In this document: positions 25,404 through 39,100 of the stretch, one piece after another | Position numbering within the stretch: position 1 is the stretch's first letter | Layout: every line of letters starts with the position of its first letter | Assembly: GCF_036588685.1 (NCBI RefSeq) | Contig: NC_086380.1 | Span: forward strand, 19,034,001 to 19,098,000 | DNA from: Mytilus trossulus | Lineage: Eukaryota | DNA length: 64,000 nucleotides | Direction of reading: 5' to 3' | Made by a program: the position numbers and the translations under genes | Notes under the pieces: generated by a model | Database searches by the model: none | The model's input: the letters and a program-made list of their open reading frames with translations, nothing else | Told to the model about the DNA's origin: nothing

Positions 25404-28400
25404 CCCAGAAATCCTCACTTTATGAAGATTTTTACAGTATTTTGCCAAAAAATGACTTTGAAATGCGTTCTTATGTATTTTTAAAGCTTTGATATTGTTA
25501 ACTGTATCTATTCAAAACATATGCACCATACTTGTTTTTTGAACTATTTGTGGAGTGATTGTTATTAAATAATCCCAGAAATCCTCACTTTATGAAGATT
25601 TTTACAGTATTTTGCCAAAAAATGACTTTGAAATGCGTTCTTATGTATTTTTAAAGCTTTGATATTGTTAACTGTATCTATTCAAAACATATGCACCATA
25701 CTTGTTTTTTGAACTATTTGTGGAGTGATTGTTATTAAACAATCCCAGAAATTCTCACTTTATGAAGATTTTTACAGTATTTTGCCAAAAAATGACTTTG
25801 AAATGCGTTCTTATGTATTTTTAAAGCTTTGATATTGTTAACTGTATCTATTCAAAACATATGCACCATACTTGTTTTTTGAACTATTTGTGGAGTGATT
25901 GTTATTAAATAATCCCAGAAGTCCTCACTTTATGAAGATTTTTACAGTATTTTGCCAAAAAATGACTTTGAAATGCGTTCTTATGTATTTTTAAAGCTTT
26001 GATATTGTTAACTGTATCTATTCAAAACATATGCACCATACTTGTTTTTTGAACTATTTGTGGAGTGATTGTTATTAAATAATCCCAAAAGTCCTCACTT
26101 TATGAAGATTTTTACAGTATTTTGCCAAAAAATGGCTTTGAAATGCGTTCTTATGTATTTTTAAAGCTTTGATATTGTTAACTGTATCTATTCAAAACAT
26201 ATGCACCATACTTGTTTTTTGAACTATTTGTGGAGTGATTGTTATTAAATACTCCCAGAAATCCTCACTTTATGAAGATTTTTACAGTATTTTGCCAAAA
26301 AATGACTTTGAAATGCGTTCTTATGTATTTTTAAAGCTTTGATATTGTTAACTGTATCTATTCAAAACATATGCACCATACTTGTTTTTTGAACTATTTG
26401 TGGAGTGATTGTTATTAAACAATCCCAGAAATTCTCACTTTATGAAGATTTTTACAGTATTTTGCCAAAAAATGACTTTGAAATGCGTTCTTATGTATTT
26501 TTAAAGCTTTGATATTGTTAACTGTATCTATTTAAAACATATGCACCATACTTGTTTTTTGAACTATTTGTGGAGTGATTGTTATTAAATAATCCCAAAA
26601 TCCTCACTTTATGAAGATTTTTACAGTGTTTTGCCAAAAAATGACTTTGAAATGCGTTCTTATGTATTTTTAAAGCTTTAATATTGTAAACTGTATCAAT
26701 TCAAAACATATTCACCATACTAGTTTTTTTAACTATTTGTGGAGTGATTGTTATTAAATAATCCCAGAAATCCTCACTTTATGAAGATTTTTACAGTATT
26801 TTGCCAAAAAATGACTTTGAAATGCGTTCTTATGTATTTTTAAAGCTTTGATATTGTTAACTGTATCTATTCAAAACATATGCACCATACTTGTTTTTTG
26901 AACTATTTGTGGAGTGATTGTTATTAAACAATCCCAGAAATTCTCACTTTATGAAGATTTTTACAGTATTTTGCCAAAAAATGACTTTGAAATGCGTTCT
27001 TATGTATTTTTAAAGCTTTGATATTGTTAACTGTATCTATTCAAAACATATGCACCATACTTGTTTTTTGAACTATTTGTGGAGTGATTGTTATTAAATA
27101 ATCCCAGAAGTCCTCACTTTATGAAGATTTTTACAGTATTTTGCCAAAAAATGACTTTGAAATGCGTTCTTATGTATTTTTAAAGCTTTAATATTGTAAA
27201 CTGTATCTATTCAAAACATATGCACCATACTTGTTTTTTGAACTATTTGTGGAGTGATTGTTATTAAATAATCCCAAAAGTCCTCACTTTATGAAGATTT
27301 TTACAGTATTTTGCCAAAAAATGGCTTTGAAATGCGTTCTTATGTATTTTTAAAGCTTTGATATTGTTAACTGTATCTATTCAAAACATATGCACCATAC
27401 TTGTTTTTTGAACTATTTGTGGAGTGATTGTTATTAAATACTCCCAGAAATCCTCACTTTATGAAGATTTTTACAGTATTTTGCCAAAAAATGACTTTGA
27501 AATGCGTTCTTATGTATTTTTAAAGCTTTGATATTGTTAACTGTATCTATTCAAAACATATGCACCATACTTGTTTTTTGAACTATTTGTGGAGTGATTG
27601 TTATTAAACAATCCCAGAAATTCTCACTTTATGAAGATTTTTACAGTATTTTGCCAAAAAATGACTTTGAAATGCGTTCTTATGTATTTTTAAAGCTTTG
27701 ATATTGTTAACTGTATCTATTTAAAACATATGCACCATACTTGTTTTTTGAACTATTTGTGGAGTGATTGTTATTAAATAATCCCAAAATCCTCACTTTA
27801 TGAAGATTTTTACAGTGTTTTGCCAAAAAATGACTTTGAAATGCGTTCTTATGTATTTTTAAAGCTTTAATATTGTTAACTGTATCAATTCAAAACATAT
27901 TCACCATACTAGTTTTTTTAACTATTTGTGGAGTGATTGTTATTAAATAATCCCAGAAATCCTCACTTTATGAAGATTTTTACAGTATTTTGCCAAAAAA
28001 TGACTTTGAAATGCGTTCTTATGTATTTTTAAAGCTTTGATATTGTTAACTGTATCTATTCAAAACATATGCACCATACTTGTTTTTTGAACTATTTGTG
28101 GAGTGATTGTTATTAAATAATCCCAGAAATCCTCACTTTATGAAGATTTTTACAGTATTTTGCCAAAAAATGACTTTGAAATGCGTTCTTATGTATTTTT
28201 AAAGCTTTGATATTGTTAACTGTATCTATTCAAAACATGTGCACCATACTTGTTTTTTGAACTATTTGTGGAGTGATTGTTATTAAATAATCCCAGAAAT
28301 CCTCACTTTATGAAGATTTTTACAGTATCTTGCCAAAAAATGACTTTGAAATGCGTTCTTATGTATTTTTAAAGCTTTAATATTGTTAACTGTATCTTTT

Positions 28401-29360
28401 CAAAACATATGCACCATACTTGTTTTTTGAACTATTTGTGGAGTGATTGTTATCAAATAATCCCAGAAATCCTCACTTTATGAAGATTTTTACAGTATTT
28501 TGCCAAAAAATGACTTTGAAATGCGTTCTTATGTATTTTTAAAGCTTTGATATTGTAAACTGTATCAATTCAAAACATATTCACCATACTTGTTATTTGA
28601 ACTATTTGTGGAGTGATAGTTATTAAATAATCCAAGAATTCCTCACTTTATGAAGATTTTTACAGTATTTTGCCTAAAAATGACTTTGAAATGCGTTCTT
28701 ATGTATTTTTAAAGCTTTGATATTGTAAACTGTATCAATTCAAAACATATTCACCATACTTGTTATTTGAACTATTTGTGGAGTTATTGTTAACAAATAA
28801 TCCCAGAAATCCTCACTTTATGAAGATTTTTACAGTATTTTGCCAAAAAATGACTTTGAAATGCGTTCTTATGTATTTTTAAAGCTTTAATATTGTAAAC
28901 TGTATCAATTCAAAACATATTCACCATACTAGTTTTTTTAACTATTTGTGGAGTGATTGTTATTAAATAATCCCAGAAATCCTCACTTTATGAAGATTTT
29001 TACAGTATTTTGCCAAAAAATGCCTTTGAAATGCGTTCTTATGTATTTTTAAAGCTTTGATATTGTTAACTGTATCTATTCAAAACATATGCACCATACT
29101 TGTTATTTGAACTATTTGTGGAGTGATTGTTAATAAATTATTCCAGAAATCCTCATTTTATACAGATATTTAATGGTTTTTGCCCCAAAAAATTACATTT
29201 AATTTCAGTTTAATGTCTATTAAAAACTCTGATATAGTTGTTGGTGTTGTTATATAACATATGCATTATTGGATACATTTAACTTGTGTTTAATAAATTT
29301 GTCATTACTTATATCAAGAAATTCTCACTTTTCCTGATTTTTTTACTTTTTTGCCCAAAA
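25404..29360. repeat. 170-bp satellite array, ~22 conserved monomers plus a diverged right edge
   Basis: CCCAGAAATCCTCACTTTATGAAG recurs at 25404, 25574, 25744, 25914 and onward with period 170 (169 in two copies). Confidence 0.97.
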
Positions 29361-30034
29361 ATGGTGAAAAAATGCCCCAAAGTGTTAGAAAATAATATTT
29401 TATGGCAAAGTCATGTTAGTTTCACCAGGAAATCCTTCACAGCACTAGTTTTGAGATTGGGCCAAACATGGCCCTTCATGACCCTTCTCCTTTAAAGTCG
29501 GAAATGTGTACACTTATGAACACTTTTATGAGCAATTCAGTGGATTTCGTTTGTCTCTATGTTATATATTTGTTTTAGTTTATTATTTTGCATACACATT
29601 ATTTTTTGTTTGCATGTTTGAATTGTTTTACTTTTGTTATTTTGTGTCTTTTTTTCAGCTGACTATTCTGTATAAGCTTTGCTAAAAATGGACGGCCATA
29701 TGGTCATCTATAGTTCTTAACGTCTGTGTCATTTCATGCATTTTTGCAAGTTTGACATCGACAATTATACCATATCTTTTTATTATTAAAGAAACTGTAA
29801 TAAACGCAGGGAGCAGAAGGGTAAGCAAACCTGTATCAGCGATAAGACCTTTTGAGTCATTAATATATATCACGGGTGTTTCAAAGCACCATTTGTTGCT
29901 GTTTCTATAGAAAACTTCGAAAACTTTAAGTTACATGGTTATTAAAGCTCGTACTAAAAAAAGAAGGGATTGAATTTGATTTGTTAACTTCGAGTGATAG
30001 TTATTTTCTTATATGCAATGAAATGTTATGTAAA

Positions 30035-31070
30035 ATGTAGAATGGAAATGGGAATGTGTCAAAAAGACCCGATCGAAGAGAAAAACACAACCGAGGGACA
30101 CCAATGGTTATTCAATACCACGAGAAAAGCCCGCACACAGAGGCGTACTTTATATCTTCCCTTAAACATAAATAATTCTAGTTCAGTGACAATCAACATC
30201 ATACTGAACTCTTAAATATATGACAGAAACTAAAACTTGAAATCCTTTAAAACCCAAAAGGCCAAGGGCTCCTGACTTGGGACAGGAGAAAAATGCGGCA
30301 GGGTAAAACATGTTTTGAGATTTCAATCCTCCGGATCCTCTTATACCTCTAGCCCATGTAAAACAAACGCACAACAATATGCACAGTAAAATTCAATTAA
30401 GAAAAAAGTCCGAGTCCGATGTCAGAATAGGTTACAAAAGAAACTAAGCAAACTGACAATGATACACAAATTAACAAAGGTCTACTAACAGTTACTGACA
30501 TGCCAGCTCAAGACTTAATTTAACTGATTGAAATACTATGTCTTTATCTAATGAATATCATATCATAATCCCTTCCGTTAGGGATTTATTATCATACATG
30601 TAACATCTTAAAATATATGAGATGAAAAATCCGTATCATGCACACACCAATTGATTTTAGAATAGATATGTTTCTTTTGGATGCAAAGATCCTATAAGGA
30701 CTCATCAGTAACTCTCAGATCAAAAACGTTATAAAGCCAAATAAATACAAAGTTGAAGAGCAATGAGGACCCAAAATTTTAAAACGTTGTATGAAATATG
30801 GCTCAGGTAATATTAAAGCCAAATTGTGCCATATTTAATTAGCCGACAACAGTATCGTAACTATATTCCTTCTTAATAAGTCTGTTTTACGTTACTTTAA
30901 ATTTTAAGGTGAATGTCGACATTATTGCGCTTTGTAAAGAAAGTTACTATAAAAGATAAAAAAAAATACCTGAACGTATAATAAGTCTGCCTGTTGATTC
31001 TTTTTAACGAATGATGTCCTTATTCCGATGATAAAATCAGTAAATGTGTTGACTAGTTTTAGATATCGAA
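30035..31070 (-). mobile_element. 3' region of Penelope-like family B, with a partial retrozyme piece at ~30699-30810
   Basis: Reverse complement of 48430-48980. Its terminus (GAATGGAAATGGGAATGTGTCAAA) also occurs at 11195-11280 and 38205-38295. Confidence 0.6.
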
Positions 31071-32690
31071 AACACTGTGTGATTTTAGAGCAGATTAAAT
31101 AAAATAAAAATAGGGAAACTCAAAGGCAGTGTACACCTAACACAAGTGAAACAAATTACTTCATGTATGGTCAACAGCTTTTCCGTAATTGTAAACCATA
31201 TCCGATATACACTCTATTACTTTAAAAGACATTTCCAGGACTTCAACTTGTTTTAATGTCTAACAAAAACATTTATTACATGACAAAATCCTTGATCAAT
31301 GATTATGCACGAACTTACTAGAGGAAAACCCAATCACATGAAACGCTTATCATTAAAAAGGTAAACAACACGTTATAAATTCCATGCGTTTGAAGCGCAT
31401 TTCTGTATTGACGTTCATCAGGAAGACTTAACGCAGATTATTTAGTAGCCTAGGATACACAAGAATCGCAAAAGTTGAAAAGCTATATGCTCAGAAAAAC
31501 ACTCAGCATGAAGCAAAATCCATGTTAGGTCAATTTTGGGGAATTTTATATGCAACTTGGAACTGGGGATTAACCATTATTTTGGACTTTAGAAGACGTA
31601 AATTCAAACCTATTTAGTGTTAATACCTTTTTATTCATCTACCCTGCACATAGAAATTTATATTAATATAAGTCGAAATAAAAATTTGTTGTATTTGTGG
31701 AGTTGTTTGTTTTATGTTTGACTGGATAAGTTAGATAACTAGGAAGAAAACAAAAAAAACTCCGTATACAAACAATTAACAGAAAGTAGATGAGAAAAAA
31801 GATGTCTCTATATTAGGTTTTCCAAAATTGCTGACAAAGATTAATAGCGTGAACATCATAACGTTACTTTAATATGTCCATCAGTCTGTCATACCCTTCG
31901 CTTATCTTTTTTATCGACCGGTGTAGGTATATTAGATTTCTTAACAAGTGTAATGTTTCCACTCGAGACAGTTAAATTCTAATATTTACAGCCATGCTTG
32001 CTGAGCTTTTTAAATAATCAAAATTAACTGTTGAGAGTGGAGAAATGTTGTAATACACGAGTTAATGTGGTGGAATCTGTTTCTCTTATGGTTTTTATCC
32101 TTCCTTTTATAAAATTTGAAGAAAGTTGTGTACTTTTTATGTGATGTCATCAGGCCTTTTTTCATAGAGTCACAATAGGAAAATCCATAAGAAATCAAGA
32201 AAATAAACGTCACAATTAAACTTCGGCCAATCATTTGCTGAGAACGGGGTTTTCACTAGTGAGGAGAAAGCTTTTCTCACACCGATCAAGAAATGAGAAA
32301 AATTGCACAAATATTAGAGAAAACATATTACACAATAGGTGCTCAATTATAAAACAATGTTTTGAAACTTGATTTATTTTCAATTTTCAACTCGAACTGC
32401 AACTTGCATTCTGATTCAAATGTAAGCATAAACTCCAACTATTTAGCAGACAATATAATTATGATCATGCAAACAGGTGGCAATAAGAAGACATATTTTG
32501 CCAAAAGTATAGATTAACACTTCCATAATGTAACCATTTTATAGAAGAAAACAAATTAAAGAAAATCATTATTTCATACACACGTATATGAAATACTATC
32601 ATGTCCTATTCATTTTTCTAAAAGTCAAAATAATTGTTTTTTAAAAATTGGTGTGTTGAGCGTTCTATCTTTTCTTGACATAACACACTT

Positions 32691-33142
32691 TTATGAGGAA
32701 CTTATTCTTTTAAGAATATCTTTCAACGGAGTCACTACTGTCATTCCTCCACAGAATGCGATAGCCATTCCAATACAGCCATTTTTATTATATGGATGTT
32801 GTACAATATAAATGCATGTCCCTGAATCACCAGGCTGTAGTCTTAAATTGATGGTTATTTGATTGTACATGCGAAATATCCTCTTGTCATTCAAAAAGCC
32901 AGTTGAAAGTTGCATATGAGCTTGTGAATTTATCCAAAGTGGTTGAAAAACATTTCCATTAACTACAGTTGCCGTTTGGCCGGTACTTGAAAACAAGATG
33001 TCTACATCAGTTTGTTTAGGAAATTGTACATTTTCCTCTAATTTGGTCATAGATCCAGCTCCTACAACTTTAGCTGTTTGTTGTGGGATACAAAAATCTT
33101 CATGATCCAAACAATTATCATTTAAAAACGGACTTGATAAAC
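32691..33142 (-). CDS. Terminal exon: protease second half with the catalytic Ser
   Basis: Acceptor tttcag at 33144-43; KVVGAGSMT, LQPGDSGTCIY, CIGMAIA...TVVTPLKDILKRI*. Confidence 0.88.
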
Positions 33143-36100
33143 CTGAAATTAAACATCCAAAATTACGTTTTAGAATTATTTAATACTGTTTGTATAGACA
33201 AATCATGTTGAATCTTATAACATAATATAAATAGCACTGAGAGGGTGCTAGAGTAGATCGGTACTCCAAGAAAAATGTGTCAACCGCTGCGTAGCCAAAT
33301 TGGCAATGCATATTTGAGGAAAACTAATCTACTCTATCACTCTATCAGCTGTTTGCTATTTAATTTATTATACTGAATGTCCTATCATTATTGTCCTTTA
33401 CAGATAAATTTTATTTAAAATTATTTGCTATGAAGTCACGTACATATACAAATGTTGCGGGTATCTGTAAAATCAACAGAAGTAACGCAATATTATTATT
33501 TTTTATTTGACTGTCAAATAATAGAATCTGACCCAAAACGTAAAACTTAAGCACTGTCTCAAATGACTTGATGTAAATTCAATTCATTGTCCTTTAAATA
33601 ATCGATTCTTGATAGGTCTGGACTGGAGGGTGACATTCAATAAAATTGTCACCCGCTCAGCCATGTGATAATTAAATTAACAACCTCGTTTTAGCCAATC
33701 AAAATATGGCATTTTAACGTGAAGTTTAATTAAACAAAATACTTACACATGAAAGAATTTGACCTGTAGTTGTTAATGTCTTTGCCATTTTGGTCTTTTG
33801 TGAACAGTTGTATCATTGGCAATTATACCACATCTTCTTTTCAATATATATTATGTGTTTAAATGCCTCGCTTTCTCGAGCAATACAAACCATTTTGTTA
33901 TTTCAATTTCATGTTATCTTCCGGGATCATTTGAATTCGAATTTAAGTAAAATTTAAGAAAGTATTACAAAATCTGTAAATAACCTTTGCATAAAAAAGA
34001 TATTTGAAAGCAATTACATATACATACCTAGTTTTAGAAAATGACAGGCATTACCATAACGATCCAAAATAAAATCATTTTGGTCAAAAGATGCATTGTT
34101 TTGCATCATCACTAGAGCTGCATCAATACTTGTTTTAAGTTTGTCATCATGATCAAATGTTCTCCAAAGAACTTTGCCACAGTTAACAGGTCCTTGCAAC
34201 GAATGGCAAAATGCTTTGGCCCCAAGAAGAGAAAAGTCGTAAGATGACGACAAAAGGGTCTGTAAATCGAACATAACATGAGCACAGGTTAAAAAGCACT
34301 CAAAATCCATGTACTTTACAAATCCCCCTAACGTTCCAATGCTTGTCTGCGGTCCTATCTTTTCTCCAATCCGTAATTTTGTAATAAAACTAATGTTTCC
34401 TTCGATGATATCTGTTGGAATGCCATGAATTGAAGTTGGAAAATGATCTTCTCCTAACGGAATTATTCCTTTCTTTTTACAATAAAGATGGATGCATATT
34501 CGCTCTTGCACGGCATGGACTCTATCAAACGATTTCGACATCAAGACTGATGGGCATATTAAAGTAACGTTTGAATGACGATTGAAAATATTTTCTACGC
34601 TATTTTGCGGCAAATTTACCTTTAAGAAGTATGAATTTGTGTATTTTGAGGAAAGCAGGTTGGAGATTGTAACGGCTTCTGAGTCATCTGAATTCGATAA
34701 GTCGGGATTTACTTCTTCAATTGTAAATCCATGATATGTATCGGGTTTTTCTTTAATAGCCGTACGAGTCAAAATTATGATAACTCTTTCATTCGTGCAG
34801 AATGAACAATCTAAAACAATAGATCCTCGACATGAACAACGTATACCTGGGAAAATGTCTGTTGCATCTTTAAGTTGATTTGCAAATTTAACAAAGAATT
34901 CCCTCGTCATATACCATGATATTGCTTTTGCTATATCTTTATCATTTTTCTCAATGGCAATATCGAGCGTTCCCTTAATATCATCAACCGTCATATTATT
35001 TTCTTTCATATGCGCTATCACCCATCTTAACAAAATGTGATATCTATTTGTCGATGCCTCAGTCAGTATATTTTGCATTAAAAGTCTGTCATCACAATGC
35101 TTCTTTGACTTGTTTGAATAAATTCGTTCAAACTCGGATAATTTGTTCTTCTTACTCTGGGATGAACTGATATTGGAATCCAGAATATGCCCTATAATCA
35201 TAACAAAAACATTATTTAAATCATTCTAGCTTTGCACAAGTGGGTATTACATTTTATTCGTTTCTATATTAAATAAGATCAGGAATAAGCGATAATTTTG
35301 TTCCAGCTATAGACTTGATTTGATTTATTACAAAGTTTATTACAGTTGGGATCATTAAAATCCCTTTTAAACACTTTGAGTTACATATTTGAATGAAAAT
35401 AGGACAGAAAGTACAACTACATGTTTAAGTTTGGGATTAATCTTTCTCATAATGGAGTTTGGGGGTGACATAAAGAGCTGCAGTTTATTATATTAAAAGT
35501 ATCTGAATTACTCCATTTCTACACTTAAATCGTTATGACAGATGCGTTCATTTTTTAAGTGCGCAAACCAAAACGATGGTGTTAAGTTCCGCGTAATACA
35601 TCGTACCCGCTGAATATGGACGCAATTTGCCATCACTGTGCTTTAACATAGTCAAGTTTTCCTAAATTCTGAAAACAATCTTTTTTATGTACTTAAATTC
35701 CTTAGTGAATCTGACCCTAACCCCCTGTGTCGTGAATGTACAGAGATAAATTTCTTGGCGGATTTGTTTTGCTAGTTTTAGTAACACGACTGGCGAACAT
35801 ATGGAATAAGAACAGTTGACCATCTCGTGTTACTTGCCTAATCGGTCATTCCTTCTGTAGTATGCCTGTAAATATCTGTATTTTATTTCCAGTCTTTCAT
35901 CTATTATACAATGGATATCAATATTGTCACAAGTCATGTTCAGCTGGTAGAACCAATCTGTAAAAAAATGATTGACATAGATTCGAAGAAGACTAAAATA
36001 GAGCTTATAAAAAGCATATGTTGCTCACCTGATTGAAATGTGATAAATCATATCACTTAAAATGTTTTTGTTGCGGATCATTTTTTACAGCTACTGTCTA

Positions 36101-39100
36101 CTATAGGTTTTTTATTCCAAAAATACAAAAAAGTAAAACACACAATTCTGTAACATGTGTAAGCACAAAACTTTCTACAGAAAGGAAATACTAATTTGAG
36201 TTTTGTGATTTATTTATAAACAATACTTTATTTGCACTAACAACAAACAAATAAGAATCACTCAATAAGTTTGTCAAGTTAGGATATACACTTTGTTGAT
36301 CTCATGGTAGATCTTGTCCTGCTACTCATTTACGTTTGTATAAGTTAGAGGCATAGGTTGTCTTAAATACACAATATTCAGAAATTTATTTCCAATTCAT
36401 CTGTTTTGATTCAATCTCCAAATATGAGTCTTGTGTAAACATTAATTCGGCGTTTTAACTTATATCCCCAGCATGTTTGATAAGATTTTATTCTATATAA
36501 ACGCATTTTGTTGTCATTTAAAATACTGCATATGTTTGCTACAACCTAAACGACACTTGAGAAGCAGTAATACAATAACTGTTTGTTAAGAATATGCGAC
36601 CATTGATATTGACATTTTCAGAAAACACAGTCATGATGGGAAAAGTGTTTAACATAATTGGACGTATTTTAAAAAAAAATCATTCAATGCATAACTTAGC
36701 TTAGAATGAATTTCTTTAGTGCTTTCCTTAAAGCATGTAAGTCTTTAAGGGTAGACATTTAGAACACTCACTTACATTTATAGTTATACTCTTCCTTTCT
36801 CGATGAAGACATCATATCTAAAAATGCATAAAACGTTATAAAAAAACAATTATCACAACGTTATTTGATATTCACAACGACTAATTAACAACAATTAATT
36901 TGAGGAATACAATTTCTCAAGGTTTCTGGAACATAATACTGGTTTTTGTTTAACTGTTATAGTATTTCATGAGCATATTCTTCAAATGAAGTAAATTATT
37001 CGGAATTTGAAGTAGAAAATGCCTGGTCTTGAAAAAAACATTTTTACTAGTTTTCTTCCGGCAACTGTGATTTCGGACAATATGTAGAAGAGAAAGTCGG
37101 ATACACTGAAAATTTGTATTCGATTTGTCTTCTCAATAGATTGCGCATCAGGATCCACCAAATGATATATAACATTTTTCTTTTTTTTTAAGTTTTATAA
37201 CCACAATATTGATGCAAAGTCGACTCTTAAGGTTATGTACTTTTCGTTTTGAATTTTCCTCGGAGTTCAGTATTTTCGATATTTTACTTTTTTTAAACCA
37301 CTAGCCTAGAAGCCGGAATCTATGGTAACAAGACAAATTACAGATTCGTTTTCCGTGAATTTATTGTTGATGGAATGTGGAAATATTCAGTCTTTTGATT
37401 ACCCGTGCCTTGATGGTTATAGCCGACTTGAGAAAGCTTTTCAGACATCTGGATTTCAATTTTCTAAAATGTATCTAATTTGGCCTTTAAGCGATTTGTT
37501 TGTGTCCTAACTATGAAAAATACAAGAAGATGTGGTATGAGTGACACTGAACAGCAAGCTATAAATGGGCCTTGTTTGAATAAAAAAAAACTTCCTGTGG
37601 CTTGCGTTCCAAAATTTTTGATAGGTATGTTTTGTGATTTTATACAGAATTTTAACATTTGTAAGTATTTTAATTTGTTTTCAGCGCAGAACTACTTCAT
37701 TGATGTACTCAGTCTAAAATTACACATGTTTCGTGTCATACGGTTATTATTCTTAAAGAATGTGCGACCTTCGAAAATGATACTTCTCAAGAAATATTAG
37801 CCTGTAAAAGTAAATGAACAGAGTATATTAACTTTCACTTACGTTTATATACAAGCCTTTCTTTGTTCGATGATGTCAGCATTCTGATAACTATAAAATA
37901 GCATAAATTCCATGCAAATCATTGTTTTTATCAAAACGTAATAGTTATAAAGACCAAGTTACCACAACTCACTTGATAAATAAAGGTTATGTAACTCATT
38001 TTGCTTTGTATATTCTAGATCACTTATTTACTAAAGGTACATTAAATATTAAGTCATTAACAGCATATCCGTACTCGTTTTTAAATGTCTATCGTCTAGA
38101 ATCACATAGATTGGCTTCGTTTGAAATGTTTGAGCTTTTGATTTTGCCATTTGATTAGGGACTTTCCTTTTTGAAAGTTCAGTAGTTTTTTTCATATAAT
38201 ATAAAATTGAGAGTTGAAATGAGGAATGTTTCAAAGAGACAACAACCCGACCATAGAAAAAACAACAGCAGAAGGTCATCAACAGGTCATCAATGTTCAT
38301 TTGTCTCTATTTCTGTAGAAAAGTGACAATCCTATTCAATAAAGATTTCAGTCTAGGGCACCTGCTCGTGAGTGATTCGAATTCACAATTTCAGTGTTCA
38401 CATGATAGTTATACAGTAGTTTTACTACTAAAACCACACGACCAACCGACCAACGAGGTAGCTCATTAAATATGACTACTGTTCAGGACGATTAAATCAA
38501 TAATAAAGCGTTCATATTTGAAACAGTGTATAAAGAACACATTGGAATTTATTGCTAGTCATTAAAGAAATTAAATCATTTTTCGGAGACAAGGATTATC
38601 TTAATGAATTTTTGTCGAATAGTTGAATTTTCGAATCTGATAATAAACTGGTAACCAGAAATTAATATTTATTTAATAAACAATACTAGTAGTGTATAAA
38701 AATGTTCACCAGGTAAATTCATTTACCACAAAAGCAACGATCAAATAATGTCGGGTTATTTTTTATGATAGTTCTGTTAGTCTGTTTATTGATTGTTTAT
38801 ACGACAAATAATATGATACTTACATAAGATAACTAACAGTCCTGGAGAAAATAGTATAACGATAAATATTGTGACTATTTTTTGGAAACAACAACCTGGA
38901 ACACACAAACGAAATTTTATAAAAGAAACAAGACAGCTTTTCAGATAAATATTGTATTAAACAATGTACGCTGCTCTGAATTATTAAACAAACAATTGTT
39001 GCTCATTGTTGAAGGCCGTATTGTGACCTTTTGTTGCTAATTTCTGAATTTTTGGAATTTCTTCGCAGGAATTATAATTCCCACATCTTTGTTTTTTATC

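Noticed and set aside
25404-29360. CRISPR-like array
   Set aside because: Contiguous 170-bp monomers with no unique spacers and no cas genes, in a eukaryotic context.
36333-36361. Third micro-exon (…TATACAAAC|gtaaat)
   Set aside because: Length is not a multiple of three and it has an in-frame stop.
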